Shown here one piece after another: positions 33,921 through 43,320 of a stretch of 64,000 nucleotides of DNA. Under the pieces are notes generated by a model. That model ran no database searches, had not been told where the DNA came from, and saw nothing but the letters and a program-made list of their open reading frames with translations. Source of the DNA: a phage; assembly GCA_038450185.1 (NCBI GenBank), contig GCA_038450185.1_4765.1; one strand, 5' to 3'. A program made the translations under genes and the position numbers. The first letter of the stretch is position 1. Each line of letters begins with the position of its first letter.

Positions 33921-35411
33921 ATGGCAGATTTGAAATATGGATCTACTGTAGGTGGATCTCCCATTTGGACGCAAGGAAACTTGACGATCCAGCCAGCGGG
34001 GGATCAGCTTTTCTACAAAGGTCATAAAATCTATACCGCTTTTGATAGACCTTCGGCTACCGATTTTGATGCTGTTAGTGCATCTGAAGGTGGCACATTT
34101 CAAAAGCAAGTTCATTTCGAGGAAGGTTTAAGCGTAGGTAGCGCATCGGCTGGAGAAACCAAAAAGAATGGTATCTTTAAAGGTCAGAGTGACGCTGCTA
34201 ATTTTGACGGCGTAAGCTGGGGTTTGCATTCATGGAAGTCAATCGGCTTTGTTAATGCCCGTGATGGCGTTATTATGGCGTATATTGACACCACAACGGG
34301 CGAATTTAAGTCTAAAGGGACTATCGAAGGGACAACCATTAAAGACACAGGTCAACGCGTCTATAGCCCTGTTAATAAACCAACGAATAATGATTTAGAT
34401 TTGGTGTCTCGTCGCGGTGATACTCTCACAGGAACATATAATTTAAACACTGTCACTGTTAAACTATCGGTTGATTCGAAATTAATTGCAAGGGAACGTG
34501 ATTTAATTAATTTTGATGCGACTAAGATCTATTATGGTAACGTTCTTGATACGTTGGTCTTCCGAAGTAAAGATGAGCCTACCATTTTTGTTAATGGCAT
34601 AGAAGGTCGTTTTTATCACACCAACAATAAACCAACTAAAGCCGATGTTGGACTAGGCAATGTCACCAATGATGCACAGGTTAAACGTGCTGGTGATATT
34701 ATGGAAGGTAACTTGCAAGCGCCTAGAATGTTGGCGACAAACGATCCTGCTGGTCCTAATGAATTGGTTCGTTTGAGCTACTTTGAGAGAAAATCAATGG
34801 TAGCAAATCCAACCATCATAGGAAACGTTGATTGGAACACTCTTATTAATCGCGGTATCTATCGTGTGGAAAATGCTGGGTCGGGTACTAATAAACCGTC
34901 TGATAGCTATTATAACGGCGTTTTGATGGTATATCGCCCAGAAGATGCGGTCGGTACTCGTCGAATTGTTCAGGTGTATTATCCTGAATCTATTGACCAT
35001 CCGATGTGCTGGCGTTCGTGTTCTAATGAATCATGGACTGCATGGAACTATGTAGATCACCGTAAATTGGCTGATATTCGCTATGTTAACGTCACTGGCG
35101 ATACCATGACAGGACCGTTAACTGTTCCTGCTGCAAATGGCGTTAGAACGGCTAGAGGTGCATATAATGGTGATAACTACTATGCTGGGTTAAATAGTGC
35201 TGATGGCACTGCTATGATTCACCGTATCAGCGATATTAAAGCCACCGAAAAATTGGGTATTACTCACGATTCTAAAGCTGTTTTCATTAAAGCGCGTGGA
35301 AATACTCAAGACACAGACCGCTATGAACTTTACCACGAAGGCCATAAACCGACACCCGCAGAGGTTGGCGCGGTTCCACTTAATGCGGTGATTGATTTTG
35401 GTACTTTCTAA
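33921..35411 (+). CDS. 36: long tail fibre distal-half small subunit (gp36-like, enlarged)
   Basis: ORF track; position between 35 and 37; 496 aa, much longer than T4 gp36 as I recall it. Confidence 0.65.
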   Translation: MADLKYGSTVGGSPIWTQGNLTIQPAGDQLFYKGHKIYTAFDRPSATDFDAVSASEGGTFQKQVHFEEGLSVGSASAGETKKNGIFKGQSDAANFDGVSWGLHSWKSIGFVNARDGVIMAYIDTTTGEFKSKGTIEGTTIKDTGQRVYSPVNKPTNNDLDLVSRRGDTLTGTYNLNTVTVKLSVDSKLIARERDLINFDATKIYYGNVLDTLVFRSKDEPTIFVNGIEGRFYHTNNKPTKADVGLGNVTNDAQVKRAGDIMEGNLQAPRMLATNDPAGPNELVRLSYFERKSMVANPTIIGNVDWNTLINRGIYRVENAGSGTNKPSDSYYNGVLMVYRPEDAVGTRRIVQVYYPESIDHPMCWRSCSNESWTAWNYVDHRKLADIRYVNVTGDTMTGPLTVPAANGVRTARGAYNGDNYYAGLNSADGTAMIHRISDIKATEKLGITHDSKAVFIKARGNTQDTDRYELYHEGHKPTPAEVGAVPLNAVIDFGTF

Positions 35412-35416
35412 TTTTA

Positions 35417-35440
35417 GCGGGGAGATAATCCCCGCTTTTC
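35417..35440 (+). terminator. hairpin plus T-run between genes 36 and 37
   Basis: GCGGGGA-gataa-TCCCCGC followed by TTTTC. Confidence 0.4.
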
Positions 35441-35481
35441 TAAATAATATTATTCTAATAACCGTTTAAGGATTTTATAAA

Positions 35482-38397
35482 ATGGCAGATTTAAGCAGAA
35501 TCCAATTTAAACGTACTAGCACTAAAGGCCGTCGACCTGATGCTGGTACGATGAATCCGGGGGAATTGGCAATCAACCTTGCGGATCAATATCTTCTTAC
35601 TAAAAATGATTCCGGTGCTATTATCAATTTAAGTTGTCCTCCGGTTTATGACAGCGATGTTACAATGGCGGGTAAGGTTAAAGGAAATAATTATATTTTA
35701 AGTAAAACCGCTAATTATTTTGAAGACCAAACCGCGCGAGATCTTAATTATTTTGGTGCGTTTCGACCGAATAATGCTGATGGTTGGTCTAACTTGATTC
35801 TGAACATTCCTCATCCCAGCGGTAAAGCACACGGTCGCGGGTTTGAATTTGAATATGGTTCTAGTTCCTCTCAGGTTAAAACCTATGGCTTTGATAAGGA
35901 TGGTAACAAGAGATTCAGCTTTCGCATGTATCACGAAGGTGATAAACCTACTCCCTCAGAATTGAACGTCTATAGCAAACAAGAAATTGACCGTATGTTT
36001 GTTAAGAACGTTAAAATGGTTGTTCCTTCTGGTGGTGCAACCCGTGGTTATTTTAAAATTGCATCCGCAATGATCCCGCAGAGTGGTCGGATGGCGTTTC
36101 TGCGAATCTATGGTGGTAATGGATATAATGTAAACTCATATGATCAAGTTGATTTTCTTGAAATTGTTATTCGTAGTGGTAATAATAACCCTAAAGGCGT
36201 TAGTATTGCTGCATATCGTCGAAATTCTTTGAACGTCCATGAAGTATTTGCAATTAATACTTCCGGTGATAACTATGACATTTATGTTAACTATGGTCGC
36301 TTCACCGATAACGTTATTGTAGAGTTTGGAAAAACTGTTGATGTTGCATTGACTGTTCACGATGTTCCTGAATTTTCGGCGACTAAACCAGAAACCGGAA
36401 CTAAATTTGATGCTCGTGTTATTACTATGTTCAACACCGAAAACAAAGCCGGAACGTTGATGTTTGATAATAACTCACAAACAACCTATGATATTGTTAG
36501 CCTTAATAACGTACCAGACAACAATAAAAAATATATGCGTAAATTCCGCAGTCGTGCGGCGGAAACAATATGGCATGAAACTGTTCAAGGTGATGTTTAT
36601 CGCCTAGCGACAGGGGCTACCGATCAGAAAGAAGTGTTAAAGATTGTAGGTAGTGATGGTTTATTTGTCAATAGACTTCATCTGCAAGGCAATAACGCGA
36701 TTCGTATGTGGCGTCCTACTGGTTGTAGTAACTATTTTGAATATATGGATCAGCGAGACGGGGCTAATAAACGTCAAGGCTGGTTTGGTTTTGGTTCTAC
36801 AGAAACCAACGATTTTCAATGGTATAGTGACGAAGGTAAAAACTTTGTTAAGCTAGAAGCAAGTGGTCAAGTATCTTTAAGCGCAGGTGCAACCAAAATT
36901 GTATACACTAATGGTCAATATGTAGCTGCCAATTCTGATGCATACCGTATGATCTTTGGTAATTATGGTGCATTCTGGCGTAATGACGGCACTAAAGTTT
37001 ATCTTATGTCTACTGCCGAAAATGATAGATTTGGTGGCTGGAATGCCTATCGTCCATTCATTTATGATTTAACTTCCGGTAACGTTCAATTAGGCGGTGA
37101 TGGTAACGAAGATGCATTAACGTTAGAAAGTGCTTCTCGTGCCGCTCGCTTTAGTAATGACGTTTACATTAAGAAAGGGCTTTTGACTTTCGACGCTGGG
37201 CGATTAAATTCCCGCGATTACTTCCGGTTTAACCATTGGGGCGATAGCAATAACGGTCGCGATAACATTTTACAGCTTGACGATAGCATAGGTCCACACT
37301 TCACCACTGAACGTACTTTAGCAACTGGTTCAATTAAAACTAAATTCTTCGGTAATTTGGAATCTGCTGGTCAAATTAAATGGGGTAAAGGGACCGCCAC
37401 ATCTACGTTTACTCTACGTGTATGGGGTAGCGATAGCCGTAAACAAATATTTGAATGCGGCGATGAAAGCGGGTGGCATTGGTATACCCAACGCGCGGGC
37501 GGTCCTGATACTTCTGCAATTGATTTTGCCATCAATGGTACTGTTAGGCCTCAAGCAATTCACACTGGCGGTAATATCACTATCAACGGTGCTGATATTG
37601 AGTTTAAACGCACTGGCAATAAGCACATCTGGTTTAGAGATCCAAACGGCTTAGAGTTAGGTCTGTTGTACTGCGATGATGCTGGCGTTATGCGTATGCG
37701 CGGTAAGAAACAAACCGAAGTCTGGAAATTCGGCGGTAAGATGATTCAACTTGAAACTGGTACTGTAACCGGTGGCGGTAGTGGTCTGATTCGTGGTAGC
37801 GTTGCTGGTGGTAGTTGGACTAGCTGGCGCGATCGTGCTTCCGGTTTACAGGTCGACTGTCAACAATCAACCGTTTCCGCTCATAACGTATGGAAAGCAA
37901 CCCATCAAGGTAAATATCATATAGCAGCAATGGGTGTACACGTTCCTAGTGGTACTATCGGAAATGCTATGGTGCGTATGCACGTACACGATGCAACTTT
38001 TGACTTTGGTGCGAGCGGTGACTTCCAGGCAAGCCGTAATGGTAATTTTAACGATGTTTATATTCGTTCTGATGCTCGCCTTAAAATCAATAAGGAAGAG
38101 TATAAGGAGAATGCCACCGATAAAGTTAATCGCTTGACGGTATACACCTATGACAAGGTTAAATCTTTAACCGACCGTACTGTCATTGCTCATGAAGTTG
38201 GTATTATTGCTCAGGATCTTGAAAAAGAATTGCCGGAAGCCGTAACAACTTCTAAGATCGGCGATCCAGATAATCCAGAAGAGATCTTAACAATTTCTAA
38301 CTCCGCTGTCAACGCTCTTTTAATTAAGGCGTTTCAGGAAATGAGCGAAGAACTTAAAGCCGTTAAAGCTGAACTAGCGGAACTTAAAAAGAATTAA
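35482..38397 (+). CDS. 37: long tail fibre distal subunit with C-terminal intramolecular chaperone domain
   Basis: ORF track; 971 aa; C-terminal SDARLK ... IAHEVGIIAQDLEKELPEAV ... ISNSAVNALLIKAFQE resembles the self-cleaving S74 chaperone domain. Confidence 0.8.
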   Translation: MADLSRIQFKRTSTKGRRPDAGTMNPGELAINLADQYLLTKNDSGAIINLSCPPVYDSDVTMAGKVKGNNYILSKTANYFEDQTARDLNYFGAFRPNNADGWSNLILNIPHPSGKAHGRGFEFEYGSSSSQVKTYGFDKDGNKRFSFRMYHEGDKPTPSELNVYSKQEIDRMFVKNVKMVVPSGGATRGYFKIASAMIPQSGRMAFLRIYGGNGYNVNSYDQVDFLEIVIRSGNNNPKGVSIAAYRRNSLNVHEVFAINTSGDNYDIYVNYGRFTDNVIVEFGKTVDVALTVHDVPEFSATKPETGTKFDARVITMFNTENKAGTLMFDNNSQTTYDIVSLNNVPDNNKKYMRKFRSRAAETIWHETVQGDVYRLATGATDQKEVLKIVGSDGLFVNRLHLQGNNAIRMWRPTGCSNYFEYMDQRDGANKRQGWFGFGSTETNDFQWYSDEGKNFVKLEASGQVSLSAGATKIVYTNGQYVAANSDAYRMIFGNYGAFWRNDGTKVYLMSTAENDRFGGWNAYRPFIYDLTSGNVQLGGDGNEDALTLESASRAARFSNDVYIKKGLLTFDAGRLNSRDYFRFNHWGDSNNGRDNILQLDDSIGPHFTTERTLATGSIKTKFFGNLESAGQIKWGKGTATSTFTLRVWGSDSRKQIFECGDESGWHWYTQRAGGPDTSAIDFAINGTVRPQAIHTGGNITINGADIEFKRTGNKHIWFRDPNGLELGLLYCDDAGVMRMRGKKQTEVWKFGGKMIQLETGTVTGGGSGLIRGSVAGGSWTSWRDRASGLQVDCQQSTVSAHNVWKATHQGKYHIAAMGVHVPSGTIGNAMVRMHVHDATFDFGASGDFQASRNGNFNDVYIRSDARLKINKEEYKENATDKVNRLTVYTYDKVKSLTDRTVIAHEVGIIAQDLEKELPEAVTTSKIGDPDNPEEILTISNSAVNALLIKAFQEMSEELKAVKAELAELKKN

Positions 38398-38439
38398 GGA
38401 AAAATCCCAGGGAAGGGAAACTATTAAGGAGAAACGGCT

Positions 38440-38679
38440 ATGGTCTATAATATCGTCATTGGTGCTTTGTCTAGTTTCGGAATGAAACTATTATCAAAGT
38501 TAATTAGTGAAAAGATGCTCACTAAAATTTTCTTCTATTGCGCTCGTCGTCTTGCGGCTTATACCAATACGCCAATTGATGATCGTTTTGTGGAAGAACT
38601 TTATAAGGAGTTTAATAAAGATCAGTCAGAAGATAGTAACGAGCAAGATAAACCTAGTGATAGTCAACTACCTAAATAA
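38440..38679 (+). CDS. hypothetical small protein between 37 and holin
   Basis: ORF track; ATG 38440 with AAGGAG SD; occupies the slot where T4 has gp38. Confidence 0.5.
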   Translation: MVYNIVIGALSSFGMKLLSKLISEKMLTKIFFYCARRLAAYTNTPIDDRFVEELYKEFNKDQSEDSNEQDKPSDSQLPK

Positions 38680-38712
38680 GAATACACTGTCATAGTTATC
38701 TTAGGGCATTAT

Positions 38713-39369
38713 ATGCAAGTTTCTGAAAAAGGGAAAGACTTTGCTATCTCAAATGTCCTGCGCGCTATTTTCACAACTAAAAGCACGGAGTTGCTCGTAC
38801 TTCGTGTTTTTGCTGCCGTCGTGTTGTCCGTATTGGCATTTGTCGTTTATAGTAAAAACGAGTTATTTGCGCTTTATAAAGAGACTCGTTATGAGACTTA
38901 TGCTCACATTCTCCAGGTAGAGAAAGACCGCAATTTTGATAATGCAGCACAGGAGCAGTTACAGATAGTTCATGTGTCGGCTGATGCCGATTTTTCTGCT
39001 GTTTTTAGCTTTCGTCCGAAAAACCTAAACTATTTTGTTGATTTGGTGGCATATGAAGGAAAGCTACCGCATACGATCGATGAAAAGAATTTAGGCGGAT
39101 TCCCTATCAATAAAACGAGTGAAGAATATCGTAGGCATCTTTTAGGTAAATCATATTTTACCGATAAAGATTTCCAGTATATTCCATCGAGGGAGAAAAA
39201 ATTAGAGAATATCGATATAGGGTTTATGTATTCTTGTCCTATATTCAATCTCGATAATGTCTATTCTGGTAGTATCGCCATTGCATGGAAGAATAAACCG
39301 GATATTGACATTGAGAATTTGGATACTCTTTGCAATCAATCTGCCAGAATCCTCGGAAGGATTAGATAA
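38713..39369 (+). CDS. t: holin
   Basis: ORF track; 218 aa; similarity to recalled T4 holin T (LEQLQIVHVS, FSAVFSFRPKNLNYFVDL, YEGKLP, CNQSARILGRIR). Confidence 0.85.
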   Translation: MQVSEKGKDFAISNVLRAIFTTKSTELLVLRVFAAVVLSVLAFVVYSKNELFALYKETRYETYAHILQVEKDRNFDNAAQEQLQIVHVSADADFSAVFSFRPKNLNYFVDLVAYEGKLPHTIDEKNLGGFPINKTSEEYRRHLLGKSYFTDKDFQYIPSREKKLENIDIGFMYSCPIFNLDNVYSGSIAIAWKNKPDIDIENLDTLCNQSARILGRIR

Positions 39370-39375
39370 CTTAAA

Positions 39376-39409
39376 GGGGAAGCCTTTCGGCCTCCCCTTC
39401 TTTTTTATT
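39376..39409 (+). terminator. intrinsic terminator after holin gene, possibly bidirectional
   Basis: GGGGAAGCC-tttc-GGCCTCCCC hairpin followed by TTCTTTTTTATT. Confidence 0.6.
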
Positions 39410-39653
39410 GGCGCATAGAAGCCCCTGAATCACATTTTGACGCTGTATGATGAAAACAGGTAGCGTACCAGTCATCGGCTTGTTTGTCTTCGTCAGAAAA
39501 CGCGTAATTTCGTTGTATGCCGTTTTCTACTTTGACCAGCGCAATAGCTGTTTCTGGAAGATCAATCAATCGGACAAAATCGCCATCTTCCCATTCTACA
39601 CGAGCAATATCATAACCCATCTCAAAGTATACAATCGCTTGTCCTAATTTCAT
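39405..39653 (-). CDS. hypothetical protein
   Basis: ORF track; ATG 39653. Confidence 0.4.
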   Translation of the reverse strand: MKLGQAIVYFEMGYDIARVEWEDGDFVRLIDLPETAIALVKVENGIQRNYAFSDEDKQADDWYATCFHHTASKCDSGASMRQ

Positions 39654-39961
39654 TCTGGAAACTTCCCGTAAATGTTCTCTGCCAACATACGCGCATCGCT
39701 AATGATATCTTTCATGCTATGACCGTAGTGTTCAGCCATTGAGTTGACACAATCAACAAAGAAATTATAACGGCGACGGTTTAAGATTTCTTCTCTGCTA
39801 TAGTTTTCATATTTGACGGTCGAGTGTGCTTTCTCGATTGCCTTGATCGCTATATTGACTTCATTGATAATGGTTTTAGCATTGTATGCGCCACGACGGA
39901 TCAGGATATTTGTCAATTCTCTTGCAATATCTTGCAATTCTTCATATTCATGTTCAAACAT
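39650..39961 (-). CDS. hypothetical protein
   Basis: ORF track 39650..39982 (TTG); ATG 39961 with GAGAGGT SD. Confidence 0.4.
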   Translation of the reverse strand: MFEHEYEELQDIARELTNILIRRGAYNAKTIINEVNIAIKAIEKAHSTVKYENYSREEILNRRRYNFFVDCVNSMAEHYGHSMKDIISDARMLAENIYGKFPE

Positions 39962-39985
39962 AATCAACCTCTCAAAATACAATCC

Positions 39986-40318
39986 TTACAGATGAAAACC
40001 TGTTACGATCACCGCATCGATCTTACCGCTAGGAATAAACGGTTCGCCCTCTTTTATTTCAACTTTGAATTGATGCCATTTCGCTAATACTTCTTCCGGT
40101 ACACCCAGCGATTCGGCGTCTGCTTTAGTTTCATCCATAATCCAACTAGGCTGCATGAGAGCATAGTTTACATAGTCCATTTCTGGGGTCATGTCATCAA
40201 TGTTAATATATTTGCAGTTGACGCGTTTCAGAATTTCAAATTCTTTATTATCAACCTGTACCATGTATAATTCAGTAGTTTCTGGAATCAGTTCCCACAC
40301 AATCAGTACATTTTTCAT
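39986..40318 (-). CDS. hypothetical protein
   Basis: ORF track; ATG 40318 with GAGGTG SD. Confidence 0.45.
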   Translation of the reverse strand: MKNVLIVWELIPETTELYMVQVDNKEFEILKRVNCKYINIDDMTPEMDYVNYALMQPSWIMDETKADAESLGVPEEVLAKWHQFKVEIKEGEPFIPSGKIDAVIVTGFHL

Positions 40319-40326
40319 AGTTCACC

Positions 40327-40695
40327 TCACTTAACAAAGATTTTCTTTAATGCTTTCAGGATCGTTGCTTCCGGCGCTTCTTCCGGTGGAGGAAGCAATT
40401 CTACCACTTCCTCTTCCAACTCGATATAGTCTACCAGATATTCTACATAGAATGCAAGTGCTTCCATGAAATTAGATGCTACATCCGATTCACCACAAGC
40501 GCCTACATGCATTGTATAAACATCACTGCGATCAAGTTTGTGGATGCTTCCCAGATAGTTTCGGTTATACCAGACTTCCCACACTTTCAGCTTTCCGGTT
40601 TTGGTTGCTGTTTTATAATCGGTTTCGTAATGATGCAATTGACGTTGCAAATCATTGATAATAACACATTTTTCGTAATTGTTTTGAATTTCCAT
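40327..40695 (-). CDS. hypothetical protein
   Basis: ORF track; ATG 40695 with GAGGA SD. Confidence 0.45.
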   Translation of the reverse strand: MEIQNNYEKCVIINDLQRQLHHYETDYKTATKTGKLKVWEVWYNRNYLGSIHKLDRSDVYTMHVGACGESDVASNFMEALAFYVEYLVDYIELEEEVVELLPPPEEAPEATILKALKKIFVK

Positions 40696-40705
40696 GATGT
40701 AATCC

Positions 40706-40897
40706 TCACTTATCGTTAAGAAGTTCTAAAACTTTCTGTCGTACTTTGTCAATATTAGTTGATTCAAAAACTGTACGGTATCCCCAGCTTTGACCGTATG
40801 AGCGGTTGCAATCTCCATATCCCCATTGTTCAACCTGATAGTATTCAAGGAATGGGTGCTGCCGAACTATGATACCATCGCGATTAAAAATTACCAT
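40706..40897 (-). CDS. hypothetical protein
   Basis: ORF track; ATG 40897 with GTGAGGA SD. Confidence 0.45.
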   Translation of the reverse strand: MVIFNRDGIIVRQHPFLEYYQVEQWGYGDCNRSYGQSWGYRTVFESTNIDKVRQKVLELLNDK

Positions 40898-40920
40898 AAT
40901 ATAATCCTCACGTCAACAAC

Positions 40921-41208
40921 TTATTTTCGGTTGTGGTCACGATATGTTTTAAAATATCCCTCGTACCACGGTAAAACATCTGGATTTTTACCACTATACA
41001 GACCTTTAACCATCATGTCAATAAGACCGTCCGGTGTTTGATAATTACCAGCTTTTATAAGCTCTCTGATTAAAATTTCCCTGTATATGTCTTTCGGATC
41101 TTCGTAATCAACTTGTATCGTGGTTGTTGTCTCGCTTAATTTGGTTTCTGGAGTATCTTGCATCGCCTTCCACCAATCTTTTGTGATCTTCATGTTATTG
41201 AATTGCAT
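40921..41208 (-). CDS. hypothetical protein
   Basis: ORF track; ATG 41208. Confidence 0.4.
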   Translation of the reverse strand: MQFNNMKITKDWWKAMQDTPETKLSETTTTIQVDYEDPKDIYREILIRELIKAGNYQTPDGLIDMMVKGLYSGKNPDVLPWYEGYFKTYRDHNRK

Positions 41209-41219
41209 AATTTAACCTA

Positions 41220-41978
41220 TTACTTGCAAACGTATTGATCTACATCAATTGCGCCACCGAATGTAGGATGACGTTTTTCGAATCGAATAGTTCCGTCGTT
41301 TGGTTCGAAAACGGAGTATTCATATAGATCTTTCTTGCCAACATTCTTATAAAACCCGCCTTTAGTCATAACGGTTTCTTGTACGTTTGCTTTGTGTACG
41401 TTGTATTCATCAATGTATACAAAATCAACCATCTTCCCATTTTTAATTGTTACTTTAAGATCTCCTGGTTGGTTTCCATATTTGGCATACAGTGGCGCTT
41501 CTTTAATTTTTGTGGAAATTCCATCTTTCATACTCCACTCATAACGAACGGTGCATTGATAGGTAAAAGTTTCGACCTTCGGTTCTTCTACCACTTTTTC
41601 TTCCTGTTTCGGTTGTTCTTCTTCAACCTTCACAGAAGTCTCTGAATCGCTTTCTGACGCGGTTTCTTCTTTAGGTAATACATTCATCAAGTTTTGGATT
41701 TGAGCGTTGTATACAGCCTCCAGTGGCTGAATCTGCCCGATATTGATCATTGTATCACGAACAGTTTTATTCCAGTTGCGTTGCTCTTGTTTCAGAGACG
41801 GATCAATCTTAACAGCTTTAACATATACTTCATGAAGTTTCGAATCCAGTGCGGAGATTGACTCATTAACACAAATAAACTTCTCTGATTTGGTAGTAGC
41901 CTTAGTGCAATCAAAGGACGCAGCATTAGCACCTAAAGCAGTAGCAGAAAGAACGATAGCAGCGATAATGTTTTTCAT
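41220..41978 (-). CDS. secreted protein with DUF1311 / LprI-like N-terminal domain
   Basis: ORF track; signal peptide MKNIIAAIVLSATALGANA; SFDCTKATTKSEKFICVNESISALDSKLHEVY pattern; promoter cassette upstream. Confidence 0.45.
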   Translation of the reverse strand: MKNIIAAIVLSATALGANAASFDCTKATTKSEKFICVNESISALDSKLHEVYVKAVKIDPSLKQEQRNWNKTVRDTMINIGQIQPLEAVYNAQIQNLMNVLPKEETASESDSETSVKVEEEQPKQEEKVVEEPKVETFTYQCTVRYEWSMKDGISTKIKEAPLYAKYGNQPGDLKVTIKNGKMVDFVYIDEYNVHKANVQETVMTKGGFYKNVGKKDLYEYSVFEPNDGTIRFEKRHPTFGGAIDVDQYVCK

Positions 41979-42012
41979 AATATATTCCTCAATGTTTTGT
42001 CTTGATGGGAGT

Positions 42013-42041
42013 ATCTTACTACTCCCTTAATCCGGTGTCAA
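42013..42041 (-). promoter_or_regulatory. early promoter cassette (TTGACA-17-TAAGAT) with palindrome across -10
   Basis: GGGAGTATCTTACTACTCCC palindrome. Confidence 0.45.
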
Positions 42042-42048
42042 CTACTTT

Positions 42049-42204
42049 TTAAATTTCTTCTACAGTAAAGTCTTCAATGTTGTTGTGCTCGGCGAACGTT
42101 GCCAGACCAGCATTCCATGCATCATCCTCAGAGAAGAATACACCGTAACGTTCATATCCTTTAGCGCCTTCAAATTTAACCATTAATTTGTGAGTATGTT
42201 TCAT
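42049..42204 (-). CDS. hypothetical small protein
   Basis: ORF track 42049..42264 trimmed to ATG 42204 (MKHTHKLMV) after GGAGAATCAAA RBS. Confidence 0.4.
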   Translation of the reverse strand: MKHTHKLMVKFEGAKGYERYGVFFSEDDAWNAGLATFAEHNNIEDFTVEEI

Positions 42205-42235
42205 TTTGATTCTCCTTCGTTGTCTTGATGAGTTC

Positions 42236-42264
42236 ATTATAGGGGATCGCAGATCCCCTGTCAA
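42236..42264 (-). promoter_or_regulatory. early promoter cassette (TTGACA-17-TATAAT), palindromic spacer
   Basis: Spacer GGGGATCTGCGATCCCC. Confidence 0.55.
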
Positions 42265-42276
42265 CTATTTTTTAAA

Positions 42277-42537
42277 TTATTTTCGCCATTCACCGGAAAC
42301 AATGAAGTTTGTAAAGTGATTGTGGTCCGTGATAATGTCATTAAGTACCATATGCGGATATGCTTTAGTGTAATCACGTTTACGATCAGTCATCCAACCA
42401 ACGAAAGTCGGTGCAAAGTACGGCACACCGTCAGATGATGCCATATTAAACCCTTTATCAGCCATAAATGCAGCCGCCCTAAGATTTTTAATTGAAGTAG
42501 TGCGACTAATTTCAAAAACTTTATCGGTAAAATTCAT
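42277..42537 (-). CDS. hypothetical protein
   Basis: ORF track 42277..42558; ATG 42537 with GGGGG SD adjacent to upstream stop. Confidence 0.35.
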   Translation of the reverse strand: MNFTDKVFEISRTTSIKNLRAAAFMADKGFNMASSDGVPYFAPTFVGWMTDRKRDYTKAYPHMVLNDIITDHNHFTNFIVSGEWRK

Positions 42538-42538
42538 T

Positions 42539-42748
42539 TTAAACCCCCACTCGTGCATTAATACGCATTTTCTGCATAGCCATGATCTGGCTTACTGCTT
42601 CTTCTTTACGTTCTTGCGTGATAACGTGACCAGATTCCGCAAACTCTCCCGTAACTTCTTCTATGATCTCGCGAACTTGAGAACGTCCAAAGATGCGGTT
42701 TCCTTCGTAGCTCATAAATTCAGTCACTACTTGCTCAATAGATTTCAT
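42539..42748 (-). CDS. hypothetical protein
   Basis: ORF track; ATG 42748; promoter cassette upstream. Confidence 0.45.
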   Translation of the reverse strand: MKSIEQVVTEFMSYEGNRIFGRSQVREIIEEVTGEFAESGHVITQERKEEAVSQIMAMQKMRINARVGV

Positions 42749-42777
42749 GTGATTCTCCTTTCGTTTGGTATGGGAGT

Positions 42778-42806
42778 ATCTTACTACTCCCTTATCTTTA
42801 CGTCAA
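42778..42806 (-). promoter_or_regulatory. early promoter cassette (TTGACG-17-TAAGAT) with palindrome across -10
   Basis: GGGAGTATCTTACTACTCCC palindrome. Confidence 0.4.
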
Positions 42807-42813
42807 CCAGTTT

Positions 42814-43056
42814 TTAGAAATTTTTCGCTTCTTCTTCGGTCATCATCACCGCGCATTCGTGCATAACTTTGAAAACCGGGTCAATCATATCGAATGCTTC
42901 GCGGGACAGTTTACGAGAAGCGATTTTGATTGCTTCAACGTCTTCTACTACAGGAACAAAAACAGTTTTCAGTTCGTCGAGCACGGCAGCTTCTTTTTCA
43001 TTCAGGAAGATTCCAGCGTCGTACAATGCAACTTCGATAACATTAACTTTAACCAT
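42814..43056 (-). CDS. hypothetical acidic protein
   Basis: ORF track 42814..43119 trimmed to ATG 43056 (MVKVNVIEV). Confidence 0.4.
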   Translation of the reverse strand: MVKVNVIEVALYDAGIFLNEKEAAVLDELKTVFVPVVEDVEAIKIASRKLSREAFDMIDPVFKVMHECAVMMTEEEAKNF

Positions 43057-43090
43057 TTTTATTTCCTCCAGTTCGTTTCGGTATGGGAGT

Positions 43091-43119
43091 ATAATACTAC
43101 CGATGACCTTTGGCGTCAA
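43091..43119 (-). promoter_or_regulatory. early promoter cassette (TTGACG-17-TATTAT)
   Basis: Hexamers upstream of gene starting 43056. Confidence 0.4.
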
Positions 43120-43320
43120 CTAGTTTTTGTTATTTTCGTGAAAATTTTTCGTCGCCTCATGTGCTTTTCGCTGGGCTTCTTGTTGTGCTTGCTGGCGTGC
43201 TGCCTCTTGCGATGCCATAACAGACGCATTTGCAGCAGTTACAGCCGCGACCATCGCTGCGGTATTAGCATTTACCGTACATGCACTAGCCAGCAAAGCA
43301 ATTGCAATCATTTTCTTCAT
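43120..43320 (-). CDS. small secreted or lipoprotein-like protein
   Basis: ORF track; signal peptide MKKMIAIALLASACTVNA, Ala/Gln-rich mature part; ATG 43320 with AAAGGGGA SD. Confidence 0.45.
   Translation of the reverse strand: MKKMIAIALLASACTVNANTAAMVAAVTAANASVMASQEAARQQAQQEAQRKAHEATKNFHENNKN

Noticed and set aside
40911-40916. cgtcaacaac motif as another promoter -35
   Set aside because: It lies only 14 nt upstream of the ATG at 40897, leaving no room for a -10 box and leader.
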